Source: Tubulanus polymorphus (Eukaryota; Animalia; Nemertea). Taken from it: a stretch of DNA of 64,000 nucleotides. The stretch spans positions 9,796,001 to 9,860,000 of the forward strand of contig NC_134028.1 in NCBI RefSeq assembly GCF_964204645.1, written 5' to 3'. A model generated the notes under the pieces. That model was not told where the DNA came from. It made no database searches and saw only the letters and a program-made list of their open reading frames with translations. A program made the translations under genes and the position numbers. Of this stretch, positions 10,901-22,200 are shown piece after piece (position 1 is the stretch's first letter; each line of letters begins with the position of its first letter).

Positions 10901-13900
10901 ATGGTCACCAGGGGGCTTTGAATTGTAGAATAACTTAGTATTTCCATATTAAATTGGTAACGAGGCATATTTTGTTATCACAATCAATTACAAAATCGTA
11001 GCATATGACATGTTCTATGATTGTGGTGAGTTTCAAGGTCATTGGTTTTTGTATATGGTCACCAGGGGGCGTTGAATATTGAAATTGTGAGATTGTTGAG
11101 CATTTGAAACCACTTCCCAAGTGGGCATGGTGTCCTGGACCCCTAGTTTTCACCAGGGGGCATTTAATAGTTAGATTGTCAAGCATTACACCAAGTGGGC
11201 ATGATATCCCAGGACCCTTAGTTTTATTTTTAGTTGACGTATTCACTGACTCGGTTCGCTATTTATGAAACAGTGAAGAAAAATGTTACTGAACCCGGGG
11301 AGAATTTACCATTTTATCAGAAAGTGATGTTAGCAGCAGTAGCCGGAGCATGTGGTGGAGTAGTTGGTACTCCGGGAGACATGGTAAATGTCAGGTACTG
11401 CCCATTGATTCAAATTTTATGCAACCAATGAACAAGTCAGTTTATTTGTGTTTCTTATCTACTCCATGATTTTGTTTTGAAGGATGCAAAATGATATGAA
11501 AGTGGCTAAAGAATTAAGAAGAAAGTGAGTTGAACACTAGCTGAGTATAACACTATCCACTAAAGCTTATTTAAAAAAGCAGCAGTTTTCAAACAACCTG
11601 AGGATAAATCCAGACCTGCACTATATTCAAATCTTGAATATTGATTTTCTGCAAAAATTCAGAGCATGGCACCAGACATTCAGAACTTTTGGGTTATCAA
11701 TGCCAAACCCCTTCCAGTCCTAAAATGAGTTGAAATCGTGGTTCAACTGCAACAAAGGAGACAAATTAGAGTTTTGGTAAGAAGGTATCTCTAAGTTCAG
11801 AAAAAATGTTCACAGTGGATGATGTATTCAATTGTCCAGGTTGAGTCTGGTGTAACACATTAAAGTAATCTGAGTTAAAATCGCCACAATAGAATGTTTA
11901 AATGCCGGCCCAGCTTCGGGTAACTGCATGTTGTGTTTAACATGTCTGTTGTTGAGCCTTTCAAATTCTATTATATAATTGACATCCCTTCAGTACGTTT
12001 AAATAACTCAAAAGCCATGAAATTTGAATACACAGTATCCCTGTCATCAGTCTTAAAAACTCAAGCAAAGTTGTCATTCCCTTGTAAGCGTTTAACGATA
12101 TCATTGGCAGCATCTCTCGCTTGTCCCTGTAATGTCAGTGTGACTACGAAAGCGTGCTTCTTGGCATCTAAATCTGTAACTAGCTATCTGAACCTCATCC
12201 TTCTGCGAATGATAATCCGTTACTTTATTTAACAGCAGTGGATTTTTGTAAAAATTAGATACCATGTTGAAATTTTTCAGCAATTTACTCACACAACATG
12301 GCACCACCAGACAGTAATAAGAACGACTGCACAACAAATATTACATACGTACTTATCAATATTACAGAATTAAATGGGCACTCTACAAAAGTACATCTAC
12401 TCACACTAAATGCAGCCCTGATTTATTTTAACTATTAAATAAATCCCCCTTTTCAATATCGCACATAAACCAATAAAGTGAGCTCCGACAAATTGACATA
12501 CAAGTGCTACCCACAGCCGATCGTCGAAGCGGTCAGCATACTACAACAGCCACTAGCTTACTGGACACTGACTTCCTGATATTTCTACATTTCAGTTATA
12601 AGCATGCCATTGATGGATTATATAGGGTTTGGAGTGAAGAAGGAGCCCGCAGTCTAATGACTGGTTGTACTATGGCTACATGTAGGGCTGTATTTATGAC
12701 TGTAGGACAGGTTAGTGTCTAGTGTCACCCTGATATAAGTCACATATTTCATAATCAAATACATATCTACATACTAATTTGTCTGACACCTAGTTCTCGC
12801 ATCATACTCATGATTCTGTATATAAAGACATTGTAAAGTTACGATAATCATTCATTCCTCATGATGCTGAGAAGGATATTGAGATTTAGATGTTTCTTAT
12901 TGTTGATTGAGCACTTTAGGATATTGAACGATAGACTGTCTGTCTCATTGATGTATTTTTTACATTTCAGTTGTCGATTTATGATCAAGTTAAGCAAATA
13001 TTATTGACTACTCCATATTTTAAAGACAATATGATCACTCATTTTACGTCAAGTTTGACTGCTGTAAGTTTATATATATTTCACCTATAATTTGTTCATC
13101 CCATGTAATTTCACCCACTTGTGACAGAGCTCCTGTATTCATGTTTCCAGCCATGTATTAAGGGGCAAAGACTCCCGCGGATTTTCCTTCTAGACAAAAT
13201 TGTTGATTGCTGGGATTCGTTCGTTTAAATTTCATAATTATTTCATTTGTTTGTGTTGATGTTTGGGTATATTTTGATAATGCCAGTTCAAGTTGATACT
13301 GAGATGATGTCATTATCAGCCAATCAGAAATCCTGTTTTATTTTAGCCCGGGTTTTCCCATTCATAGTTCTTCCATGAAATTTATCTCAGCGATTATACA
13401 ACAAGAAATTTGATTGGTGCCGCAAGTTTTCATGCGGCAAACCAGCGCATGTACCTGTGCACCCGGTCTACTGTGGCAGCCACAGGGGTCCGCGCTGTGG
13501 CTGAGTGTAGCGATGCCATCAGGTTCGAATCGCTGCCGTGGGAGGATGAGTTTATCTCCTCAGCTAAACCGTGAAGAATTGCATCATTCCGATTCAATGC
13601 CCGAATGCAAAGTATATGAAACTAACCGTCGATAAGACTGATTAGCTACCAGATGTAGCAGGACAGGGTGGCAGAACCTTCAAGATATATCCTAGCAGGC
13701 AGTGAACATTTGAATCATAGTATCCTATCTTAAGGGACATCGTGTCTTAAATCAGTATGTGTGTGTCTTCCCCTATGATATTAGGTTTGTTAGCCTGATG
13801 ATAAACCTATTAATCTAAACCAATTTCCTTGAAACTTATGGATGAGTTTGGGACTGAGCCTCCCACAGTCCCAACCTCTAGGTCGAAGAAATTCAAGATG

Positions 13901-16900
13901 GATACTCTCTTTATATAATGCGGAGACGTGTAAATTATGCCATGTTGTTGCTTTCTGTATGTATTTTAGGGTGCAATTGCGACTGCAATGACTCAACCAT
14001 TAGATGTAATGAAAACTAGAATGATGAACGCTAAACCTGGACAATATAAGGTATCAATCATTAAATTGATGTAAATTACTTAAGTCAGTCTAACCTTTTG
14101 TAAAATTCATCAAATCATGACTCTATTTTCATTTGATATAGAATATATTAGCTTGTGGTGTAGACATTGCTAAAGTTGGACCAATCGGTTTTTATAAGGT
14201 AAATGAATGTCTGGTTTTGTAAACACTAATCGCTTAGGAGGTACCGGCATTGCTACTGTGGCAAGCGAGCAATTTAATGAATTAGGGAGCCCAGAAATCC
14301 AAAAATGAGAACATTTTTACAACGAATAACTGAGTGCATCTTTGCTCTAGCTGGTGTGTGCTGCCGCTACCTCATTACTATGTAGTTGTGTTATGTAATT
14401 TGAATTTTTCTAATAATCTTCTGTTGCTATTAGGCCAAGTCATAGGCAGCTACCTCATCAAGCCTGGAATACCTTAAGCATAGAACTAGACTCTGGCAGA
14501 TATTTCTGTGTTTCTCATTTGCAAGTTCAATAGAAGAGATTTAACTATACACATATACATGTAGAGCCAAATGTTTATCTGACTTATCAAACAGACATGT
14601 GCATGAACCCAATCTAATAATCTGCATGCACCTTTACAGGGATTCAAACCCGAGACTGCTTATGTACAAAGCCCTGCCCTTTTGACCAGTTTTGGCATCG
14701 TTAGCCAATGCTTTCAATTCAGTCAATAATTTCTAAAGTGCATAATCAATTTGGCTCTTTTTTTTAAATGAAATTCCAGCTACCAGTTGCAAAGTCAATA
14801 TTAGACTTAAAACCCTTATTCTGTATTGATGATCTTACAAGGGTTGACAAGGTCTAAAGATATAAAATAACTTTTGAACTGAAATCGCTACTGGATGCCT
14901 CTGGTATAACAATTGCACCAGTTTATCTATGAATCAGGGGAACCATCATCATCATCATGAACAAAGGATTACTTGACTTTTCATTGTATTTTGTTAAATT
15001 AACTCACTATGTATTATTTTCTGACTGCATTGTTTTAGTGTTGCATGTTTTTTCTAACTGCAGGGTTTTGTTCCTGCCTTTGTTCGACTGGCTCCTCACA
15101 CTATACTAACTTTCTTATTCTTTGAACAATTGCGCTTGAGACTGGGGACCATACAGCATGTGTAATCAGTCTACCTAGAAGCCAGTCTATAATGGTGCTA
15201 GTAGATTATGGTGACATCTATGTAATGACTATGGAACTGATTGCGTGATTGTGCGACATTGTCCACTAACTCTTGACAGGTTTTAGGTCTCTAATTTCTA
15301 TAGAAGTGTCCTGGGGGATGTATTTATAAAAAAATGATTGAGGTTGCCATAAATGCAAATTCTAGATTTAATTCGAAACTAAGTTGTTGAATAGAAATCT
15401 TGTTTTTAGCCCATTTCGAGTGAAGCCCCAGAGGTCTTTTAGCCCACTTTACAGGGCCCGATCTAAGGATTAAAAGCTTCCAAGGATTTCACTTGCCCCT
15501 AACAATATCTACTTGCCCTACACAGGCAGTCAGGCTTGTGGCTCAATGATCCGTTCTGTGGTGGAATAAACCTTTGAGGCATTAACATGCACTAGCCATG
15601 GGGAGAAGTAATAATGATAACCTGCCTCCCCTAATGGGAATATGCTTGTCCTGGGCAATCTTACGCGTGCTTAGATCAAACCCTGACTTCGGGTAGCCAG
15701 AACCCCATTTGGCTTCTGTCAGTAGACGGAAATCAGAGTTAAGTATGAAATCTTCGACACGCTTTGAGCCTTTGGTTTGATACTCCATATGAAGATGTAC
15801 CAAAAGCTACATCCATACCAAGATTTCGAGTCATTTGGATTCAAGATAGCCGATTGGTGGCCATCTGCTTGGACAAAATCTGCCTTTCTGTTGAAGACTT
15901 TTATAATTTTTTATCGAAAATGAAGACGTTTTAATCGATTGTCTTGAAGTTCACAAAAAATTGGGTTGATCTGAACCAAAATGCCTGTCTTGTGGCCTTT
16001 AATTATTAATTGACAAGCATTAAATTGCATGTATCCCTTGCTGTGGTAAATCCATTCCCTTTGAAAGGTGGCAGTACGTGTCAAACATCTCTGTTGATAT
16101 TTGACAATTGTCAGCACTGTCGTAGGACAGAAACATATGAAGTCGAATGTATTGTTTTCCCAACAGGAGAGTTTACTACTGATATAGTAAGATCTATTTT
16201 TCAACTTATATTGCTATGTACGCATATGATTTAATTGCCATTAGTTGCAAAGTTGCAGACCAAGACATATTCTATGGTTGTTTCTTTGATAATGAAATTA
16301 CATGGTATTTCCATTCTCCATGTTGTCACTTATGTATATTTTGTTACCACAATCAATAGCAAATTTGTAGCCCAAGACATGTTCTATAATTGTGTAGAGT
16401 TTCAACATCATGTATTTAAACTATCACATAAGTCTAAGCAGCATAAAACTTGTCAATCCCAAGTACGCTGCCAAGCATGGTTGCCTTGTCGGATATTTCA
16501 AACTCTAATTGAAATTTTGTTTTACATATATTTCCCCTGGATGCTTCTTTAGATCTCATGATTATTGTTTTTGTTAATCTAGTCTTATGTTGTATTAATT
16601 ATTCATTTGATTGTTAATTTTATGTACAAATGTATATTTATATTTTTTTAAATTGAACACCAAGGACAGGCCGCATTTCCAAAATTGTGAGATAGAATTT
16701 ACTCTCGAGTTGAAAATAAGTTCATTTTCAAATTTATTTATTTCATTCAAGTCATAATTAGACAGTTTTCGGTTTTCATCTATTTTCTTACTGACAATTG
16801 CGGAATTGTGGCATAATCATAATAATATGCATGAAATACTGGTGAGTACAACTGATCCTAGTGGAGTTTCTGTGCAGGCCTGCAAATTTCTATCAGTGAT

Positions 16901-19269
16901 AACTGCATCGCAGCAACCTCCATCAACATGTATTTGATTGGCACAATGAGTACTTCTCCAACAGGATTGCTAGCAAGGGGTTGTTCGCATCCCGCCAAAG
17001 TGAAGTACGCACTGGCAGTTTCACTATGCCAAAGCTACCTCCAGTTGCTACTAGGTTTGTAACGGTAAAATTAAAGTGGGTAGTGTGAGCCATTAATGTT
17101 TGCCGTAGATGAATTGAAGTTGTTCGTTAATTATATAGTGATGAATGCATGTAGTACTGAATGGTATTCTCAGATGGCAACACAAGCGCAATAAGATAAT
17201 CTTGTGAGAACGCTCTTTTTACTTACGATTGTTCTCTCATTTAATCACGTCTTCCACGTGGAAACATTGATTCCTCAATCATGTATAATGAGACCTGTTA
17301 ATAAATGAAAATACTCTGAATTTCCATTGTTAGATTATTAGGTATATATTCCTTTTAGATTGGCATGGTCAGGGGCGGATCTAGAGCCCAATTAAGGGGG
17401 GGGGCACCTAATAAATGTAGCTATGATTATACTGTATTGACACCGATCGGCGTAGGCGCAAGACGTTCCTATGCTCCTACGGGGGTCTGGGGGTCCTCCC
17501 CCGAAAATTTTGTTTAATCTGTTTTGGGGCAATATCCTGCATTCTGAGGCAAGAATTCATGACAAATACTTCCCCTTTTCTGCTGCTGATAAACTAAAAC
17601 AGAGGGATTAATTTTCGCAGGAGGTCGGTCGAAAAAAACGATCTTCACTTAAAGGAGGGAGGGGGCCCCCTCCCTAGATCCGCGCCTGATGGTGATGGGT
17701 TTTGAATAAGTCTAGTATCTAGCTGTTGTTCATTATTGAAGAAATGGTTTTGTGCTGTAATTGAGAGCCAAGTAGTCGGGGCTGTAAGCGAGGACCTTTG
17801 ATTTGGCCTGCTGTTCAATTTGTTTGGCTTTGCCTCCACATTTTGGCCTTATCTGAATCTTAGGCCAGTTGTTAGCTGAAAAACACTACTGAACACGTCA
17901 CTTGCTTCAGAACTATTTTGTTTCACATTTTTACTGTGTTGATCCTAATAGAATGGTTCTGGGAGTAACTTCCTGTTAGCTCTTGGTGGAACAAATTGTA
18001 ACCACTGAATATAAACAGCTGATATTTTGTCATTAGGAGGGAAATAGGTGGTGGAATTGAAATGGCAAGTTTCGTCAGCTCTAAGCCATTTGGATGTGCT
18101 GGGAGAGAATTTGCTAAATTTCATTTCAATGAATTTTTCTTCATTCTTCCAATCGATGCTTGACCTAGTTGCATGACATCACAGGGAAAGCCCTTCACAT
18201 AGGGCATAACTTGGAAATCCCTCTAGAAGGGCTTTCCCAGTGGCACTATCAAGAACTTTCTCTACCACGTACTTGTGACTCATAGGGAAAACCAATTCCC
18301 ATGTATATCATCGAAGTTGAACAGGCTTGCTACGAAGTGCACCATGATTTCATCTTTATCAGCTGTTGATATGTTATTGCAAATCCAAGAACAAATCGAT
18401 TTTTGTGCCCAAAACTAAAATGTACTCAGTTGATCCTACTGGACCTATGGTCCTTTATTGAATTATGTGCCAAGTTTTCTCTGTTGATTGGTTTAGCTGC
18501 ACATCAGTAGTCCTGCGGTTGCTTTGATGTTTTACTTGCGGGTATATTTTACCACACACAAAAAAGAGTATTTCAAGTTTAATTTCTCTGAAATTCTAAG
18601 ATGATAAAGTTAAATTCGTTGAAAGACTCCAAGTTCACCGTAGAAGTTTTATCTTTGTCAATTGCATAAGGGTTGAGTAGAAATAGCTTCATCTTAAATT
18701 TCAAGCAAGCGCCGTAGGCATGGATGACTGCAATTTAGCAATACGTTTGGTTGCAATTCAGTTGAGTTTTATTTAAGCGAAAAAAATGAATTATGAAGAT
18801 CATTGAGAGGAAGATATAAACACAGTGATCTGAAGTGTCTGTACCTGCAAAACTGCCTGACTGATTTACATAAAAAACACGATTGTGCCGTTTAGATTAA
18901 AGTTACACACATATAACCCACATATTTCGTCATAAAAAGCGATTGCTATATCAGGCTGGCTGTTTTCGCCCCAGGGCTCTTGTCTTCAATGAACCACCCA
19001 AAGAATTTTCGCTGGAGAAGCCTGTGCCAGGGCTTTGGATCTATGATCCTCGTTGGACTTTGTATTGATTAATGAAATTTTGCATTCAATTTTTTTGAAA
19101 ATCTACTGTTGGTTATTTCCAGGGCTTTCTACCAGCATTCGTCAGACTAGGTCCACATACAATTCTTACGTTTTTATTTTTTGAACAAATTCGACTTCAT
19201 TTCGGTGAAATAGTTCGTACACCTATTGAAGACGAGGCTGACCATCATGAACACCATGGAGGACACTAG
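7728..19269 (+). CDS. SLC25A10: Mitochondrial dicarboxylate carrier (SLC25 family), spliced gene: join(7728..7835,9123..9242,11234..11394,11483..11524,12596..12710,12971..13063,13970..14050,14142..14198, then 15064..15165 [isoform a, 292 aa] or 19123..19269 [isoform b, 307 aa])
   Basis: All exons have AG/GT boundaries and join in frame. The three carrier signatures are PLDLLK-V, PGDMVNVRMQND and PLDVMKTRMMN. DIC-typical motifs include WYFGGVASAMAACCTHPLD, LYNGLSASVLRQLTYSLTRF and GFVPAFVRLAPHT. Confidence 0.95.
7924..7969. repeat. (TA)n microsatellite in SLC25A10 intron 1
   Basis: Direct observation. Confidence 0.97.
9123..9242 (+). CDS. SLC25A10: SLC25A10 exon 2 (VHLQTQQ...LYNGLSASVLRQ)
   Basis: ttttacag acceptor, GTAAAC donor, phase 0/0. 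Confidence 0.95.
9968..11225 (+). mobile_element. Non-autonomous Helentron/HINE-like element, copy 2, with four 154-bp tandem units and a doubled 3' end
   Basis: Subterminal inverted repeats GCCCACTTGG/CCAAGTGGGC. CACCAGGGG recurs at 10598, 10752, 10906 and 11060. 3' termini at ~11150 and ~11225. Confidence 0.82.
11234..11394 (+). CDS. SLC25A10: SLC25A10 exon 3 (LTYSLTRFAIYE...GTPGDMVNVR)
   Basis: tttttag acceptor, GTACTG donor; matches the ORF-track entry starting at 11234. Confidence 0.95.
11483..11524 (+). CDS. SLC25A10: SLC25A10 exon 4 (MQNDMKVAKELRRN)
   Basis: ttttgaag acceptor, GTGAGT donor, phase 2/2. Confidence 0.93.
11880..12265 (-). pseudogene. Decayed LTR-retrotransposon gag N-terminus (Copia, GalEa-like) in SLC25A10 intron 4
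   Basis: Frameshifted translation: MVSNFYKNPLLL..KDEVQI / LVTDLDAKKHAFVVTLTLQGQARDAA..* VFKTDDRDTVYSNFMAFELFKRTEGMS / YIIEFERLNNRHVKHNMQLPEA. This resembles recalled GalEa-clade Gag motifs. Confidence 0.6.
12596..12710 (+). CDS. SLC25A10: SLC25A10 exon 5 (YKHAIDGLYRVWSEEG...RAVFMTVGQ)
   Basis: tttcag acceptor, GTTAGT donor. Confidence 0.95.
12971..13063 (+). CDS. SLC25A10: SLC25A10 exon 6 (LSIYDQVKQILL...HFTSSLTA)
   Basis: tttcag acceptor, GTAAGT donor. Confidence 0.95.
13461..13766 (+). mobile_element. Putative tRNA-derived SINE in SLC25A10 intron 6
   Basis: GC-rich head with B-box GGTTCGAATC at 13522, ~300 bp long, simple-repeat (TG) tail. Confidence 0.45.
13970..14050 (+). CDS. SLC25A10: SLC25A10 exon 7 (GAIATAMTQPLDVMKTRMMNAKPGQYK)
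   Basis: ttttag acceptor, GTATCA donor; third carrier signature. Confidence 0.95.
14142..14198 (+). CDS. SLC25A10: SLC25A10 exon 8 (NILACGVDIAKVGPIGFYK)
   Basis: atag acceptor, GTAAAT donor, phase 0/0. Confidence 0.93.
15064..15165 (+). CDS. SLC25A10: SLC25A10 terminal exon 9a (GFVPAFVRLAPHTILTFLFFEQLRLRLGTIQHV*)
   Basis: ttttttctaactgcag acceptor, in-frame sixth transmembrane helix, TAA stop at 15163-15165. Confidence 0.92.
   Translation, partial: GFVPAFVRLAPHTILTFLFFEQLRLRLGTIQHV
15403..16510 (+). mobile_element. Decayed HINE-family copy interrupted by a CAGGG..CCCTG MITE (15452-15685)
   Basis: TTTTTAGCCCA 5' ends at ~15403 and ~15437. Diverged family motifs include CAAGATAGCCGATTGG, GCAAAGTTG..GACATATTCTATG and TTTTGTTACCACAATCAAT. 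Confidence 0.55.
17370..17688. mobile_element. MITE with CAGGGGCGGATCTAG TIRs and 5-bp TSD (ATGGT)
   Basis: ATGGT-CAGGGGCGGATCTAG...CTAGATCCGCGCCTG-ATGGT. Confidence 0.8.
19123..19269 (+). CDS. SLC25A10: SLC25A10 duplicated alternative terminal exon 9b (GFLPAFVRLGPHTILTFLFFEQIRLHFGEIVRTPIEDEADHHEHHGGH*)
   Basis: ttatttccag acceptor, same phase as 9a, intact frame. The peptide is paralogous to 9a with many synonymous differences. TAG stop at 19267-19269; AATAAA near 20754 and 20790. Confidence 0.85.
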   Translation, partial: GFLPAFVRLGPHTILTFLFFEQIRLHFGEIVRTPIEDEADHHEHHGGH

Positions 19270-22200
19270 AAGATCGCGAAGATAGTACAGGTCACACTAT
19301 TGTCAGGAATTTGTTTAATTGGGAGTGTAAGTGTTCTCCATCCAAAGAGTGATATATATAGCTTCAGTGGAGACAGGCAAGTAGCTTCACTGTTTTTATT
19401 GGCAGTTCATTTTCCTTAAGATTCAAGGCTAACTTTGGACTTCAATGCCAGACCTAGTTAACTGTAGACCTATTTTTCTGGAAGTACATAGGACAAGCCC
19501 ACGATTTCATTTGATATCTAAGAGTATGTTTTAAAAATGTGGACCTTTTTGGATTTCATACCTGCCTCCACCCCCACGCTACGAGTCTGGGACACAATGG
19601 CCGACCCAGGGGTGGTTCAGGGGTCCGAAACCCTCCCTTTTCAGAAGAGTGCCCTTTTGAAATTATGAGAAGTTCAAAGGTTTGACCACCCGCTGATGCT
19701 CTAGATAACGACTATGACTGCTGTGTTTTGTTGAAGGTCTAATTTCCAACTCATTCACAAGTTCTAGTAATATTATGTCAAAATTCTGTATAACTTAGTT
19801 TTTATTGTTACGGTAATTAGAATTGGATAAAATCATCTGTAATTGATTGTTGATTTAACGCAGCTGCAGATTTCTTAGGTCAGCGGTCAGTTTTCTAAAA
19901 CTCAATTTTGTGTAAATGGAAAGTACCTTTTTTACCCGAAATTTGCCCTTTGAAAATTTCTGGATGTCACTACTGAGACATCTAGGTCGGACATGCCCAA
20001 CTAGAACTTTCGAGTGTGGTCCCGACTTTTGCTGGTCCCTGTTAGTCCATGGACTCTAAAACGATTCGTTTTACAGTCCATGGTTAGTCTGAGTTAGGCG
20101 AGGTAATACTGTACTGTGCTACATGTTTATGCCGGTAGGTGCTATGGGATCTATAGTCGGTCATCGCCCAGAACGAATATTGTGAAAACAAGAAACCAAT
20201 GAATATGTAAGAAACTAGGAAGAAAAGGGTTTTCATTCGCACTCCCAAACCCCCTGGCGTTGCTAGTTTCTGATCTGCGTGGACAGTCGCTAGGTCGGGT
20301 ACTTAATAAACTGCCATTGTATATGTCTCATGTGCCATTGTGTTAAATCGCTATTTGCAAGTAGGGTTACTAACAATTCTAGAATTTAAGGCTGTAAAGA
20401 GTATTTTGTTTGATACATTATACATATCTGGTGCCGGTCCCAGACGAATAGACTGGAGGTTTGAAAAGGCTCGTTGTTGGCTAACTGGAGGTTTTTTTAA
20501 CAGGAAAAAAATTAAATCCATTTACGAGCTATTCTTACTGGAAACCGGGCCCCAGTGTATTTTAGTCTGTGTAAATCGTTGTTTGAGCATTTTGATCATG
20601 ACCTGAACTGATGTGTTAAATCATATATATTAATTGTGTATTAAAACTGGTCGAAACCGAAAATGTTACTGTGTATAAACATGTTTTGTCTTTTTGATAC
20701 ATGCATATGTACTGATATTATTAGTATGGTTAGAATGTTATTTTATTCGATTGAATAAAAGTGCTTTACTTTTGATTTTATTATAGTTGAAATAAATATG
20801 ATTATACTAGTTACGATGGAGATAAATCGTCAGTTAATTATCGGATTTTTTATTGGTACCTCGAGGAAGCTCGGTGTGACTGTCTGATGTCTAATATAAC
20901 ATTTTATGAATGAAACCCAGTGAATAAGTCGGAACTAGGGCCATTTAATTAGACGAGCCGATAAAACTAATAGGAAACTGTTCATTTACTGGTCCTAAAT
21001 TGATATCAGTGGATTTGCAGACTTGTAAAGGAAATCCAACCTTATTTGCAATTCAACTCGGGCTGCGATTTCTAAAGAGCGATGATTTAATCAAAGTCTT
21101 TATTATAGCTGGACCGTAGTAAATAAATCCAAACTTTAATATAAATTCTCTCATTTTGTTCCTTTTTTCCAATATCATCGGTTCAGTCGCTCCGCGTACA
21201 AAACTTCTATGATTATCTTGTGTATTTGTTTAGTGTATCAGGAATTGCAGCTAGAGGCAATATGTGTCCACGCCAATGTGGATTTGGACGTTTCTTAAAA
21301 TTCTACTTGAGGTCATTGGTGTAGTCGACACGCCATGTACGACAAAAATTTAAGTATTTCCCGGGTACAATTCTACCAAAAATATCTGAAATATCAAAAC
21401 GGTTAAGTTTTGAATTTTCCCACATCACTGATACCAGGCCAAAAATTGAGATTTAATCCTGTATCTGGTGGTAGAAATACGTGTTTTAAAGCCTACGTAG
21501 TAGGACTGCATTTTTCGCTTCTCGTCGCTAAGCTTCAAACCACAGTAAGAGTGACGGTAGATTAAAGAAAGAATTTGTCAGATAAAGAGTTTCTCACATA
21601 AAACATTCTTTCCTTTCATTCTGTGACATATAGCATTCAGTTAATTGGCCGCAAGATTTGCTGTATAAATCCGAAAGCAAACTGACACCATCTCATCCAA
21701 CTATAAAATTGCTAAGTCATGTTTGTGTGAATTGGTTAACATTTGGGCTCTCAAGTGCCTCTCTCAGTTGCAGAACGGATGCTTTTGTTGTCAGAGAATA
21801 TTTTTGCAATTTGAAGGAAATTTTAATGAAGGAGAAATGGGGAAGTGATGTATTTTTCTGCGTCTGACAACAGACCGTGAATTGTTATGGAAATGAATGG
21901 TTTTATGAGAATTGAGAGCCGATCTTCGTCTGTCAAATCGTCTGCTTCTCGCAGAGAACAGACGGCCAGTTCTCTTCCAATTTATTGATTATTCTGAAGC
22001 GTGTCGAGGTCGTCGTGTCACGTGTCGAGGCGACTGCTAGGATTTAAATAAATCTCTGTTTTAAAAACCGAACAATCTGTTGCAAATAAAGAAGAATATG
22101 ACGAAAAGATGCCAGAGACGAGTCTGATGTCCGCAGTGTTGTACATGAAATGTATCAAATTATTATGCATATTCATATGAAGAATGTATGCAGTAGACTG

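Noticed and set aside
16900-18420. Short protein-like open frames between exons 9a and 9b
   Set aside because: They are interrupted by stops, carry no recognisable motif and lack consistent splice sites.
19123-19269. Exon 9b as part of a second complete SLC25A10 paralog
   Set aside because: No duplicated exons 1-8 were found between 15165 and 19123, so an alternative last exon is the simpler reading.
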